64,000 nucleotides of DNA from Malacoraja senta (GCA_038087875.1 CM075989.1:7256001-7320000); one strand, 5' to 3'. Positions 46,030-59,315 are shown, counted from the first letter of the stretch. Made by a program: numbers and translations. Notes: generated by a model from the sequence alone, not told the origin.

Positions 46030-46252
46030 AGGACACAAAATGCTGGAGTAACTCAGCAGGTCACACAGCACCTCGAGAGAAAAGGAATAGATGATGTTTC
46101 GGGTCGGAACCCTTCAGATTGTCCCAGTCCAAAGAAGGGTTCCGAGCCGAAACGTCACCTTTTCTCCAGAGATGCTGCTGACTCGCTGAGTTACTCCAGC
46201 ACTTTGTGTTCATCTTCAATATGAACCAGCATCTGCAGTTCCTAGCTACACA
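46030..46252. mobile_element. Fold-back PLE pLTR mini-element inserted in a CR1 remnant
   Basis: Inverted arms; CR1 sequence (WSPYLRK..LAMEGV) resumes at about 46254. Confidence 0.8.
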
Positions 46253-47632
46253 CTGGTCTCCTTATCTAAGAAAGTCTATACTTGCCATGGAGGGAGTGTA
46301 ATGAAGGTCGACCACCCTGATGCCTGCGATGCTGGAATGGCGATATGAGGAAAGAGCGGGTCAGGTCGGGCTGTGCTCACTAAAGTAAAAATGGAGAACG
46401 CTGGAAACACTCACCAAGTCAGACAGAACCTGTGGAAGGAAAAACTTTTCCAGTTTGGGAGCCTTCAACAGAATTGGGAAAGAGAAAATAAGGCTAGTTT
46501 TTTTTAAAGCAGAAAAGGCAGTACCTTTTCTCACGGTGGAAGCGTCAAAGACTAGAGGGCAAAACTTTCAGATCACGGGGGGGGGGGGGGGGGGGTTTAA
46601 AACAGATGTGCAGGCAAGTTTTTCCCCCCAGAGTGGTTGATGCCTGGAACATACTGGCAGGGATGATGGTGGAGGCAGATAAGTGACATTAAAAGGCTTT
46701 TATAAAGGAACATGGATATGCAGGGAAAGATAGTATGTGGAGCACATGCAGGCGGGATTGGTTTAATTTGGCATGTTCGGCACAGATATTGTGGGCCAAA
46801 AGGCCAGTTTCTATGCTGTACTGTTCCATGTCAGTGGGGGGGGGTGACGTTTAATTTTCATTTTGTGTTCATTGGAGTTCAGAACAACGAGATTGGATTT
46901 TGCTGACATATGTTAAATTCTGACCGGTCTTGACGAAATGAATGGCAGAGTGGGGAGAGAATGGAATGAGCTTCAATCTCGTGATATGGTATATGATAAA
47001 TGAGACTTAGCTGAGAGAAGCACTTTTCTCATCTGCTACTGAGCCTACAAAATTCTCTCAGAGCGCTGTTGAGACCACGTTGCTGAATATATTTACGAAG
47101 AAGGTAAATAAATTTCTGTACACAAGGCATCAGAAAGTATGGAGTGGTTGGCAATAGGGTATTCAAATCGAAGATGGCAGGATCATTGGAGCAAGATTCA
47201 ATGCTGAATCGTATCCTGCTACTAATTTCTGTGCTGTTTGAAACAGCACTTTTCAACCCAAGAGCTGAACATGAATATGGGTTGCATTGAGGTGTGACAA
47301 ACACTTTTATAAAACTCTCTACTGTAGTAAATTGAACGAAATTTGCACTTTACGCTGCCTCGGGAAAACAGCTAACATCATTGCCCACTCACACCCCAGT
47401 CATTCCCTCTTCCCCCCCCCCTCCCCCTCCCGTCGGGCAGAAGATACAAATGCTTCAAAGCACATACCACCAGATTCAAGAACAGCTTCATCCAATGGTT
47501 CAGTGGTGATTTTATTGCCACATGTACAAAGTGCTCAGTGAAATTCTTTTCTTACGAACAGTCTAGTAGAGTATTGCCATACGCAAGCGCATCCCCAATT
47601 AGCAAGTGTACCGAAATGACCTGCTGATTCCG

Positions 47633-47980
47633 CATAGAAACATAGAAACATAGAAACATAGAAAGTAGGTGCGAGAGTAGACCACCAGGCCCATCGAGCC
47701 CGCACCGCCATTCGCTCATGGCTGAACACTAAACAGACACCCTTACCCACAAACAGTAGACACAAGACACAGAACACAAGACACTACCCTCCCCTTTATA
47801 TCGCTATCACCCCTCTCCACCCCAAGAACCGCGTGATCTCCTGGGGGAGGCAAAAAACCGGATAAAAACCCAGGTCCAATTCGGGAAAAAAATCCGGGAA
47901 ATTCCTCTCCGACCCCAATCCAGGCGATCGACACTTGTCCAGGAGATCACTCAGGTCTTACTATACTAACCATACCTAGG
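47633..47980 (-). mobile_element. CR1-clade LINE long 3' UTR with (TTCTATGT)n tail
   Basis: catagaaa x4 followed by a CR1-type terminal block (ggtgcgagagtagacc..cgagcccgcaccgccattc); internal 12-bp inverted repeat. Confidence 0.75.
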
Positions 47981-49339
47981 CGCCATGTTTTGACGCCATT
48001 TTCAAAGTCCAGTCCATGCTCCAGTTGCTATGAGCGTTGCCTGATCCAGGCAAGCCCCGGCTGCTGCAGACCTCCAGCCATCGCCTTCCTTGGACATGTG
48101 GAGCAACCAGCTAACCTGCATCTCTCCACCCCCCCCCCCCCTCCCCTCGCCCATCCACCTTTATTCCCTGAGGTACATCGCCGCCATTATCAGACCCCTC
48201 ATAAACTACGGATGTATTCCTGATCTTCCAATCTACGCCTTTAAATGAAAACTCTTTGTGGTTATGTTCATTGGTAATTCCCCAATCAGCCACTGCTCTG
48301 CCTCTCCACCCTGATCTCTAACCTTTGCCCAACTTCCGGGATGAATGACAACGAAAAGTTGCTCTCAGTGGAGCTGCACCATGGCCGTCTGTTGCAATGC
48401 TTGCCTACCGACCGGTACAGGAGCTAAAAATATCTGACCTGGCCCCAGGAAGTTAAGTGCGCACTGTTTTAGTCACATATTTTGCAAGTCAAAGAATGCA
48501 TTGCAGCTCCAGTTCCTTGTGCTGGAAAGTATTATGAGCCAAGCTGAACACTTGCCATATGTTTCCTCAGCATAACACTGCTCTCAAAGATACGTCCCTC
48601 CTGCACCCAGTAAAGGATGCGTTCACACAGATTAGCAGGGCAGTCTTGACAGCAGCTTGTGTCAGAGTGTTCCTTGTTTATGTCGGTTGCCATGGGATCA
48701 TGCAGATGATACTATATGGTCTCAAGTACTCAAAGTTCAAACTTTGACCCGAGTCTCTGAACACTGCAGACCATCTTGAAGCAGTGATTTCATTCTCTCT
48801 GACCCCTTTATTTGGCAACAGGCAAATGGTCCCTGCATTCTGTAATCTGTTGACTCCCTCTGCAGAAGTGCGTCAATTAGTTGCACAATGCAAGATAGGA
48901 TCCACAAATTACTCCTGTTTCGTGCATTTTCTTTTCCAATGTTTCCTAAGATTGCTATTATGCAAATCTCCCTGAATTGGTTTGTTGCCCAATACACTGG
49001 CTCTACCTACTGTCAAATGTCCTTGAGTTCAACGTGGTCATATTGCTCCTTGTGGAATTTCCTGGGGTACCTTGTGTGGGCATACGACAAATGATTGCTT
49101 GGTAGGTTTACACTTGCTGAACTTGCAAAGGGTGCTTTTGGACATTCAATGAAAGATCAGTCTGAAGGGTCTCGACCGGAAACATCACCCATTCTTTTTC
49201 TCCAGAGATGATGCCTGTCCCGCTGAGTTACTCCAACATTTTGTGTCTATCTTCGATTTAAACCAGCATCTGCAGTTCCTTCCTACATATTCAATAAAAA
49301 CATGGTTCTTTCCATGCATGAATCCAGGTTATTTTAAAG

Positions 49340-49850
49340 GAACCTTCAGCCCACAATGTCCATGGCAAGCATGATGCCAAGTTAAACTAATCTCTTCTGT
49401 CTGCACATGATCCACGTCCATCCATTCCCTGCATATCTATGTGCCTATCTAAAAGCTTAAATGCCACTATTGTATCTCCACCACCACCATGCCTGCCAGC
49501 ACATTCCATGCACTCAACACTGGGTTTAAAAAGGAATTGGAGTCATAGACATACAGCGTGGAAACACGTCCTTCAACTGGCTCACGCCGGCCAACATGCC
49601 CCATCGACACTGGTCCCGTGCTTGGCCTATAACCCTCTAAACCTATCCTATCAATGTACCTGTCCAAATGTCTCTTAAATGTAACAATAGTACCTGCCTC
49701 AACTACCTTCCACATACCCACCACCCTTTGTGTGGTTAAAAAAGAAATTACCCCTCGGGTTCCTATTAAATCTGCCCCCTCACGTTAAACCTTTGTCCTC
49801 CTATGCTCTCTATTCTCCTACTCTGGGCAAAAGACTCTGCATTTACCTGA
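49340..49850 (-). mobile_element. Two adjacent CR1-clade 3' fragments
   Basis: Minus translation VVEAGTIVTFKRHLDRYIDRIGLEGY plus CR1 UTRs. Confidence 0.75.
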
Positions 49851-50131
49851 TCGCCTCTTAATTCCTTTAAACATTACCCCTCTCACCTGAAAGCAATGCC
49901 CTCCAGTCTTTGGCATTTCCACTCTCGGGGAGTGGGGGGGAAGGGGTGGAAGGTTCTGACTGTCTACCTTATCAATGACTCATAATTTTATGTATTTTTA
50001 ACAGATCTCCCTTCAGCATCCAACACTCCAGGGAAAACAATTTAGGTTTGTCCAAATGTCTGAAGAAGGGTCTCGACCCAAAACGTCACCCATTCCTTCT
50101 CTCCAGAGATGCTGCCTGTCCCGCTGAGTTA

Positions 50132-50348
50132 AGGGCCTGTCCCATTTTCACGACCTTTTTTACTCGTGGATATTTTTCATCAGGCTAGAAAAAACACCCC
50201 GACCTACTTGATGCCACGAGTACCTACGACTAGCATCACGACCTACCTACGACCTACATACCACCTCGTGACGACCATGCTGCGAGTTTGAGTCAAGGGC
50301 AAACTCGGCAGAGGTCGTGAATTAGGTCGTGAAAGTGGGACAGGCCCT
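50132..50348. mobile_element. PIF/Harbinger-type MITE inserted into a pLTR
   Basis: TIRs agggcctgtcccattttcacgacc / ggtcgtgaaagtgggacaggccct; flanks TTA/TAA (one mismatch). Internal sequence is related to 20896-21320. Confidence 0.85.
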
Positions 50349-50899
50349 TAATTCCATCGATAATTGTATCGATCTTAGGTTTGCCCAACCCTTACTGCCC
50401 TCTAAACCAGGCAGCATTCTGGTAAAAGTTACTATAAATCCTTTGCCCCTATGGTCTGTGCTGTTGGTAGAAAGGAAGAAATTGCATTTGTGTTGTCTCC
50501 ATGCTGAAGCAGTCAAAGCAAAAGTTCTCCAATGCCTATGTAAGTAAATGCAGACATACTTAGACATAAAACAAACAATAATAGTGCAAAATTAGGAGGT
50601 TGTAATGTTTAATAGCCTGATGGTTGTAGGGAAGAAGCTGTTCTTGAACCTGTACGTTAGTTTTCAGGCTCCCAAATCTTACTCACGATGACAGGAGTGA
50701 AATTAGAGAGTGGTCAGGGTGATGCTGGCTGTCGTTTTGAGGCAGCGATTCCTGTAGATCCCTTCGGGGTGGTCAATGCCCGTGATGGACTGGGCAGTGC
50801 TCACCATTTTATGCAGTTGTCTTCGTTCCTGGCCGTTTGCTGGCCACAACACATGGCCAAACGAATGGACTACATTTATAACCAAAAATAAACCCACCC

Positions 50900-51320
50900 T
50901 ATGTGCTGGAATAGCTCAGTGGGTCAGGCAGCATTCCTAGAGAACATGGACACTTGACGTTCCAGGTGGGACCCGTACTTCAGACTGGTGGGAAGAAAGC
51001 TGAAGACCGGAGGGGCAGGACGAAGCGTGGCACGTAATAGATAATCTATTACCTGCCACGCTTTGTTCTGCCCTCCCCCTCTCTCTGCTAGCTTTTTTTC
51101 TCTTCTCTCCCTCATTCCCTCTCCTCACCCCCATCTCCTCTAGTTTTCTTTCATCCCTCTTCCCCTCACCCCCATCTTCCCAACCTATCTGAAGGAGAGT
51201 CCCGATCCAAAATGTCACCTATTCATGGTCTCCAGGGACGCTGTCTGACCCGCTGAGTTACTCCAGCACTCTTGATTTTTGTTCTTGTAAACCAACATCC
51301 GCAGTTCCTAGTTTCTACAT
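50900..51320. mobile_element. Fold-back PLE element with long arms
   Basis: Antisense pLTR 50900-51045 and sense pLTR 51050-51320, separated by purine/pyrimidine tracts. Confidence 0.7.
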
Positions 51321-51883
51321 TTAGACCCAACTGGTAGTGCAGATACTGCTTCAGCTGACGGTCCCATCGGTGTCTTGGACAAGGCAGCACTCCATCAAAG
51401 TTGCATTTAAAATGTTGATGTGTTGTCTGCTTGGTTACAGTGCGATAGGATTCGAACCGCTGCATCTGATGATACGGGGGGGGTGTCCTTTGTGCCACTG
51501 AGCCACAACTGAAAGCAGGGGAAGGAAAGCATAAGCATTGATTTTGCTTGACGTATATCTTTTGCTTATCAGGCAACACTTGTAAAATGCAACATAATCT
51601 CTAGTAGGAAGGAAGGAAGGTTCTGGTATTGGTCCAAGTCTGGCGGCTGACTGTGTCTCGCTTTTAATTGGATTTGACAAGCCATTCAACTTCAGGATCA
51701 CTGCTGTCAGGTTAGGTTCTGTGCTCAGTGACTGCCTCAGATAGTTGGGATTCACAATGGTTGTGTAACAATAAGGATCACGGGGTAGAAATTGGTCAGA
51801 GCCCTGGATGTGTGTCCCCATCACTCCTGCATCCCAAGCCTTACTTTGATCGAGGATATTTATGCGTTACTTCCAGCTAAAGG

Positions 51884-52208
51884 TTAGTTTAGTTTAGTTT
51901 AGAGATACAGCATGGAAACAGGCCCTTCTGCCCACTGGGTCTGCGCCGACCAGCGATCCCAGCACATTAACACTATCCTACACCCACGAGGGACAATTTT
52001 TACATTTACACCAAGCCAATTAACCTGCAAACCTGTACGTCTTTGGAATGTGGGAGAAAAACGAAGATCTCGGAGAAAACCCACGCATGTCACGGGGAGA
52101 ACCTGCAAACTCCGTACAGACAGCACCAGTAGTCAGGATCGAACCCGCGTCTCCGGCGCTGTATTCGCTGTAAGGCAGCAACTCTACCGCTGTGGCACCC
52201 TGCTGCCC
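51884..52208 (-). mobile_element. V-SINE (HE1-like), full length
   Basis: (tttag)n antisense tail, V-domain, ggatcgaacc B box and head. Confidence 0.9.
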
Positions 52209-52379
52209 ATCGGACTATTAAGCTGCTGTGCTACTGAATAAGATGTTAAACTGGATGGCTTTCAGCTATGTGTAGAAGATTCCAAAGCCGTGTTGGAAAT
52301 AGGAGATTTTGGGTGGTCTGACAAAAATAATTGTCCAATTATCTCATTGCCTCGCATTTATCCTTTGCTTTTTAATTAT

Positions 52380-52690
52380 TAATTAATTTCATTTGCCTTT
52401 GGCAAAGCTAGCAGATGCCAGTGACTACTTTTGCAGTCGTCTACTAAAAGTGCTGGTAGGCAATGAAGCCCTGGATGTACAGTTGTGGATGGAGCAGCAA
52501 TATCTTCCCAAGTCTGGGTGAAGGGCGGTTTGGAAGGGGACCTGCAGATGATGGTATTTCCATGCACAGACTCTTTGCAGCCGTAGTTTCCACGATGGTC
52601 GTGGCCTCGTGTTGCGAGATGCTGTCAGAATAGCCTGCGTATTTAAAAAATAATGCAGCATGCCTATTTACAATACAGTACCCACATGGA
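52380..52690 (-). mobile_element. Ancient LINE 3' remnant (CR1 group)
   Basis: Minus frame AWKYHHLQVPFQTALHPDLG; similar decayed pieces occur at 11380-11750. Confidence 0.45.
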
Positions 52691-54639
52691 AGAAGTGACT
52701 GGGACTGCCAAGTCCAATCTCTGATGGTGGATGTAACCAGATACATATCTATTGAAACAGCAACTGCACCACAGCCTGTTGTTCATTCTGTTAAGCAGCT
52801 GATTCTGAAGGACTTCCGAATATCCTGTGGTTATTGAAAATACGTTTAAATGCAAGTTCCTTTTTCTCTCTTGTTGCTATACTTCATAGCCAATGCGTCT
52901 TAGCATAGAACATAGAACAGTACAGAACAGAAACAGGCCCTTTAGTCCACGATGTCAGTAAGATTAACAAAGTCACAAGGAACTGCAGATGCTGGCTTAC
53001 AAAAAAGACAGTACTGGAGTAATTCGGCAGATCAGGCTGCATCTGAGGGCATTCGATCCAATTTGAGATCCCAGCTAACAAGACAGATGTGTACAGCAAT
53101 TCATTCTTCCCCCGCACAATTAAAGCATGGAATAGTCTTCACTCTACCATGGTTACCCAACCAGATGCAACTAAATTTAAGGTAGCTCTTTTTTCCCAAG
53201 ACCCCTTTCTTGCTTAAGGCCTCCCTCCACCACCTCCAGTTTAAATTCCATTTGGAATATTTTGGAGGACCAGGAAATCAAAAAAATCTCTGAAGAAAAT
53301 GGAGAGGTGACGTTTTGGGCCGGGATGCTTCTTGAGAATACATCGGTCTTCCTTAACATTAGTACATGAAGGTATAGGAGAGCCCAAGTTACTCTGGTAG
53401 GAAGTTGTTGAAGGCATGGGTGAGGAGAGCACACATTATGGGGAGGTGAAATGGAAGCAGTGTGACTCTGGCCACAGAACCAGAGCACTTTAGCCACAAT
53501 CTCCCTTGTGGAGCCGCCTTGGATCCAGCACCGTCAAACTAGAAACTGTCAAAACCTGGTTAAAGACACTGGAGGAAGTCGGTGTAGAACATTGACACAA
53601 AATGCTGGAGTAACTCAGCAGGACAGGCAGCGTCTCTGGAGAGAAGGAATGGGTGAGTTTCGGGACGAGACCCTTCTTCAGACTTTTAGAACATCGCGCC
53701 ATGTTGAAAGTGTAAAACTGGGCAACATAAGGCGACAAATCAAACTGCTGGTGGATAAGTAGGTAATTCATTATATTTTGCTTCAGCGTGGAATAATTAA
53801 CACTTGGATTGGTTATCCTGGTCCAGAAGTGGAAACAAAGCACCCGAGTCATTTAAGGCTCATACGAATTCCATGCTGGTGTCACATATGGTCAGTCAAG
53901 ATGGATGGATAGAACAGTGTTTCCATTCCATCCATCCATGCTGCAAGGCCCTGTTCATTACACAATGCTTTGAGGCTATTTGGAACAAAAGCAGTTCAAC
54001 AAAAATTCTGCCTTAGTTAATGAACATTAGAAATTACTGAGGCGGTGGGAAGAAGTTAAATTGAGAATTGCTTCCCCTTTCCCCCAGCTGGGCCCCAAAG
54101 GGATGGTTTCTGGTTGAAATATTGAGTAAATCTTTCCACATCAGAGTCAAAAGCACTTTGAATTAAAACAATGCACACTGGCCAATTTGAAGCTTTTCAC
54201 ATCCCAGTTTATATGGTCTAATACTAGGTGCAATGTCCGGAAAACTAGTTTGGTTATGCTTCATTTGGTTGTTAATCAGTGTTGCCAAGTGGCTGGTTGG
54301 GGCAGCAGCTGTTTCAATACATTTAATCACTTCAGTCACCATTGGCAGAGGGAGTCGCGGAGGTTTTTTAGTTAATTAGAAGCAAGTTGTGGGCTTTTTT
54401 GGGATGAGAGGAAGCAAACCGCTTCATTTTTAGCTTGGCCACTTCAAAAACAAAAAGTTATCCTTAACAAGAACAGTTGATGCCAGCTGCAATCCAAAAT
54501 AAATGTGAGAATTCTTTGACAGGGCAGGTCTTCCCCAGATTATGCAAGTCCAGTTTGCGTAAAGTCCATACACGTGAATGAGCATCTCAGGGACAGGCGA
54601 GATGGGTTTGCTAGCTGCAGTAGGGCTGCAGAGAACAGG

Positions 54640-54902
54640 GCAGAAACAGGCCCTTCGGTCCACTGAGTCCACGCCGACCAGCGATCCCAACACACGAGCT
54701 CTTGGGACAAATTACAATTTTTATTGAAGCCACAAACCTGTACGTCTTTAGAGTGTGGGAGGAAACCAGAGCCCCGGAGAAAACCCACGCAGTCACAGGG
54801 AGAACGCACAAATCCCATACACACAGCACCCAGAGTCAGGATTGTACCCGTGTCTCTGGTGCTGTAAGGTAGCAACTCTACCGCTGCACCACCGTGCTGC
54901 CG
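54640..54902 (-). mobile_element. V-SINE (HE1-like)
   Basis: Antisense tail, V-domain and head. Confidence 0.85.
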
Positions 54903-55011
54903 TTTGGGACTTGGACTGTCCTTGACAAATTTTGCTACATCGTACCCAGGAGAATACATTCTATTTAACAAGTTGGTGTCCATTTTGCGAATCCAATATA
55001 GAGATTCGCCA

Positions 55012-55316
55012 GGGGCCTCCTCCGTGGCCAAAGTGAGCACCACCGGAAATTGTAGGAGCAGCACCTCATATTTCGCTTGGGCAGTTTATACAGCAGCGGC
55101 ATGAACATTGACCTCTAATTTCCAGTAGCCCTTGCTGTCTCCTCCCCTTCTCAGCTCTCCCTCAGCCTTCTGGCTCCTCCTCTTCCTTTCTTTTTCCAGC
55201 CCCCCCCCCAACCTACATCAGTCTGAAGGAGGGTTTCGGCCCGAAACGTTGCCAATTTCCTTCGCTCCATAGATGCTGCCGCACCCGCTGAGTTTCTCCA
55301 GCACTTTTGTCTACCC
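55012..55316 (+). mobile_element. PLE GIY-YIG C-terminus plus pLTR
   Basis: EQHLIFRLGSL block, pyrimidine tract and pLTR; 13-bp TSD tagagatt(c/t)gcca (54999-55011, 55317-55329). Confidence 0.88.
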
Positions 55317-55752
55317 TAGAGATTTGCCATCTGGGCCAGCAGCAGTGTCCTGTTTTAAAACCTTCAATAGCTTTTATTAACTTTCTAAATGCAGTAAGAT
55401 CTTTGCAAAGGAATAATTTGGCATAGCTGGTGGACCTGCTGCCTCAGTGCCAGAGACCCAGATTCGACACTGAGCTCAGGAACTATCTATTTTGCGTTTG
55501 CACGTTCTCCCTGTGGCCACGTGGAGATCCGCACAACTCCGGATTCCTCCCATATTCCAGAGATGTGCGGGCTTGTTGGTTAATTGCTCTCTTGAAAATT
55601 GCCCCAAGTGTGTAGGGAGTGGATGACAAGGTGGGATAAGATAGAACTAGTGTGAAGGGGTGAGCAATCGAAACGTCACCCATTCTTTTTCTTCCAGAGA
55701 TGTTGCCTGACCCGATGTTGCCTACTCCAGCACTTTGTGTCTGTCTATCATA

Positions 55753-56165
55753 CATAGAAACATAGAAAATAGGTGCAAGAGGAGGCCATTCGGCCCTTCA
55801 AGCCAGCACCGCCATTCATTGTGATCATGGCTGATCGTCCCCAATGAATAACCCGTGCCTGCCTTCTCCCCATATCCCTTGACTCCACTAGCCCCTAGAG
55901 CTCTATCTAACTCTCTCTTAAATCCATCCAGTGACTTGGCCTCCACTGCCCTCTGTGGCAGGGAATTCCACAAGTTCACAACTCTCTGGGTGGAAACGAT
56001 TTTTCTCACCTCAGTCTTAAATGACCTCCCCTTTATTCTAAGACTGTGGCCCCTGGTTCTGGACTCGCCCAACATTGGGAACATTTTTCCTGCATCTAGC
56101 TTGTCCATTCCTTTTATAATTTCATATGTTTCTATAAGATCCCCCTCATCCTTCTAAACTCCAGT
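55753..56165 (-). mobile_element. CR1 (HER1-like) LINE 3' fragment
   Basis: DKLDAGKMFPMLGESRTRGHSLRIKG..TQRVVNLWNSLPQ..GYGEKAGTGY plus (TTCTATGT)n tail. Confidence 0.92.
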
Positions 56166-56344
56166 GAATAGTCTAGTGTACTTAGAAAAGCTGATAATTT
56201 GTGTATTCATTTCTGTTGTTATTGCATCAAAAATCCCTGTAATGCTTCAGCAAGTAAAAAATATAATTGTTTTGGTGCATATAATAAAAATAAACACACT
56301 TAATCTTGATGTAGCTGGGATGAGTTGGGCTGAACAGTCCGTTA

Positions 56345-56643
56345 TTAGTTTTAGTTTAGAGATGTAGCATGGAAACAGTCCCTTCGGCCTACGGTGTCCA
56401 TGCTGGCCAGCGATCCGCGTGGACTAGCGCTATCTGACACACTAGGGACAGTTTACAATGTTTCCCGAAGCTAAATTAACCTACAAACCTGTATGTCTTT
56501 GGAGCGTTGGAGGAAACTCCATGACCTGCAGTAAACCCACAAAGGTCACGGGGAGAACGTACAAACTCCGTACAGGCAGCACCCGTGGTTGGGGCATCTG
56601 GCGCTGCAAGGCAGCAACTCTACAGTCGGGTCACCGAGTCGCC
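56345..56643 (-). mobile_element. V-SINE (HE1-like)
   Basis: Antisense tail, V-domain (ggggagaacgtacaaactccg) and head. Confidence 0.85.
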
Positions 56644-56996
56644 CTTTTGTACAGTACAACACAGAATCTAAAGTCTTCCTGATTTACGAAAGGGTTATGA
56701 TCCAGGAAACAGACAAATCAATTTGCAAGTGGAAGAGGTTGGGTGAAAGGGATTTTGGCAATGTTGGCATTTTATACACGCAGTGGAAGAGAATGGCATA
56801 TGATGGTAAGAAAATAGAATCATCTATTGAGGATATCCCATTCCCCAATGGGTCAATGTTGTTCCAGTGAATTTTTTGAAATTGAGAGATACCTATATCA
56901 TGTTTCTCATCACATAACAGGATGGTAATATAATTGCAGGCTGCTTTTACATTCAACTTGTGGGAGGGAAGGAGTCATCAGAAGAGGCAGTGTGAT

Positions 56997-57196
56997 NNNN
57001 NNNNNNNNNNNNNNNNNNNNNNNNNNNNNNNNNNNNNNNNNNNNNNNNNNNNNNNNNNNNNNNNNNNNNNNNNNNNNNNNNNNNNNNNNNNNNNNNNNNN
57101 NNNNNNNNNNNNNNNNNNNNNNNNNNNNNNNNNNNNNNNNNNNNNNNNNNNNNNNNNNNNNNNNNNNNNNNNNNNNNNNNNNNNNNNNNNNNNNNN
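56997..57196. other. Assembly gap (200 N)
   Basis: Run of N; the round length suggests a placeholder of unknown true size. Confidence 0.99.
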
Positions 57197-57217
57197 ATGC
57201 CCATTACTGTTGTTTAT

Positions 57218-57555
57218 ATCTCTTTCCCCCCCCCTCTCTTCCCCCTCTCTTCCCCCCACTCTTCCCCTCGCTCTCTTCTCCCCCTCTCCCCTCCTCTCTT
57301 CCCCCCGCACTCTCTTCCCCCCCTCTCTTCCCACCGCACTCTCTTCCCCCCGCCCTCTTCCCCCCCACCACTCTCTTCCCCCTCACTCTCTTCCCCCCCA
57401 CTCTCTTCCCCCCCACCCTCTTCCCCGCTCTCTTCGCCCCCTCTCTCCCCCCTCTCTTCCCCCCCCTCTCTTTCCCCTCCCTCTCTTTCCCCCCCCTCTC
57501 TTTCCCCCCCGCTCTCTTCCCCCCCTCTCTACTCCTCCTCCCCCCTCACTCTCCA
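57218..57555. repeat. Polypyrimidine low-complexity repeat (CTCTCTTCCCCC)n
   Basis: Almost purely C/T tandem units immediately right of the gap. Confidence 0.95.
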
Positions 57556-58299
57556 CATCACCATCTATGTGTGGATGGAGTCAATGGAAGGGAGGTTGTA
57601 TGGGCAGGTTAATATCTAAAATTCAGCACTCTGTGAAAAAGTCTGAAGAAGGGTCTTGATCCGAAACATCACCCATTCCTTCTATCCAGAGATGCTGCTT
57701 GTCCTGCTGAGCTACTCCAGCACTTTGTGTCAATCTTGAGAGTTAAATGTTTGTTGTTTATTTATTGTCAGTGCCAATTCTATTTCGATAAATTAACATC
57801 CAAAACTTCATGCGTTTGCCAACACTATTTATTATCATTATAGTTGATTATTTCAACATATACCCAGTGAAAAAACTTTCCTTTGCGTGCTATCCAAAGA
57901 CAAGACGACGCATGGCTATTCATATCTCACCAATACTAATGTTTTCCCAATGGTTACCACTGTAGCCTTCAATATGAGCCAGAAATAACGGATGAACTAT
58001 TTGAACTGTGCATTGATTACTCTTGATGCATGTTATGGCCAAAGACAAAGGTGGCATTGATGAGCTGCAGTGCTGCTCAGAACCTGTGTACTTGAACTTG
58101 CCTACACATGAAGTACCCATGGTTGCAGGTCTTTGATAATAATGGCACCAATTTGCTGCAATTTCATTAAGGTTATCACACAAAGCATAACATTCATCCT
58201 TAAATTGCACTCATTTGAGGGCTGGTCTCCTCCGTGCCACTTGGGTTGAACCAGGTTGGCCAATTATTCATGAACTTTTAAGTTGTACCTTATCCCGAA

Positions 58300-59049
58300 C
58301 CTTCTAAATGGTGGCCGGCTGGGAAAAGGGGAGATGCAGCGAGACCTGGGTGTCATGGTACACCAGTCATTGAAAGTAGGCATGCAGGTGCAGCAGGCAG
58401 TGAAGAAAGCGAATGGTATGTTAGCTTTCATAGCAAAAGGATTTGAGTATAGGAGCAGGGAGGTTCTACTGCAGTTGTACAGGGTCTTGGTGAGACCACA
58501 CCTGGAGTATTGCGTACAGTTTTGGTCTCCAAATCTGAGGAAGGACATTATTGCCATAGAGGGAGTGCAGAGAAGGTTCACCAGACTGATTCCTGGGATG
58601 TCAGGACTGTCTTATGAAGAAAGACTTGGTTTATGCTCTCTAGAATTTAGGAGATTGAGAGGGGATCTTATAGAAACTTACAAAATTCTTAAGGGGTTGG
58701 ACAGGCTAGATGCAGGAAGATTGCTCCCGATGTTGGGGAAGTCCAGGACAAGGGGTCACAGCTTAAGGATAAGGGGGAAATCCTTTAAAACCGAGATGAG
58801 AAGAACTTTTTTCACACAGAGAGTGGTGAATCTCTGGAACTCTCTGCCACAGAGGGTAGTCGAGGCCAGTTCATTGGCTATATTTAAGAGGGAGTTAGAT
58901 GTGGCTAAAGGGATCAGAGGGTATGGAGAGAAGGCAGGTACGGGATACTGAGTTGGATGATCAGCCATGATCATATTGAATGGCGGTGCAGGCTCGAAGG
59001 GCCGAATGGCCTACTCCTGCACCTAATTTCTATGTTTCTATGTTTCTAT
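58300..59049 (+). pseudogene. CR1 (HER1-like) LINE ORF2 C-terminal fragment with complete 3' UTR
   Basis: RDLGVMVHQSLKV..KKANGML..LYRVLVRPHLEYCVQFWSP..EGVQRRFTRLIPG..RRLRGDLIETYK..FFTQRVVNLWNSLP; tail ttctatgt x3. It is 5'-truncated and lacks the catalytic RT motifs. Confidence 0.95.
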
Positions 59050-59222
59050 GAAAGTCTATCACTGGGACCATCGATACTCACTCCCATTACAACATGTGCC
59101 TCGCGTTCTGTCTCTTGTCAACCGCTGCTGAAATCCTCAAGTATGTTGCCTAATACCTCCAGGCTTGACTATTACTGTAATCCCCAGGTGATTTTTCTGA
59201 GTCATGTAGTCATCTACTGCAT

Positions 59223-59315
59223 AGGTAGACAAAAATGCTGGAGAAACTCAGCGGGTGAGGCAGCATCTATGGAGCGAAGGAAATAGGCAACGTTTCGGGT
59301 CGAGACCCTTCTTCA
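59223..59315 (-). mobile_element. pLTR fragment
   Basis: aggtagacaaaaatgctggagaaactcagc...caacgtttcgggtcgagacccttcttca. Confidence 0.85.

Noticed and set aside
56934..57659. Long Pro/Leu/Ser-rich ORFs
   Set aside because: Artefacts of the N gap and the C/T low-complexity tract.
58283..58951. 222-aa ORF as a functional gene
   Set aside because: A 5'-truncated CR1 ORF2 tail lacking the endonuclease and RT catalytic motifs, with small in-frame deletions relative to other copies.
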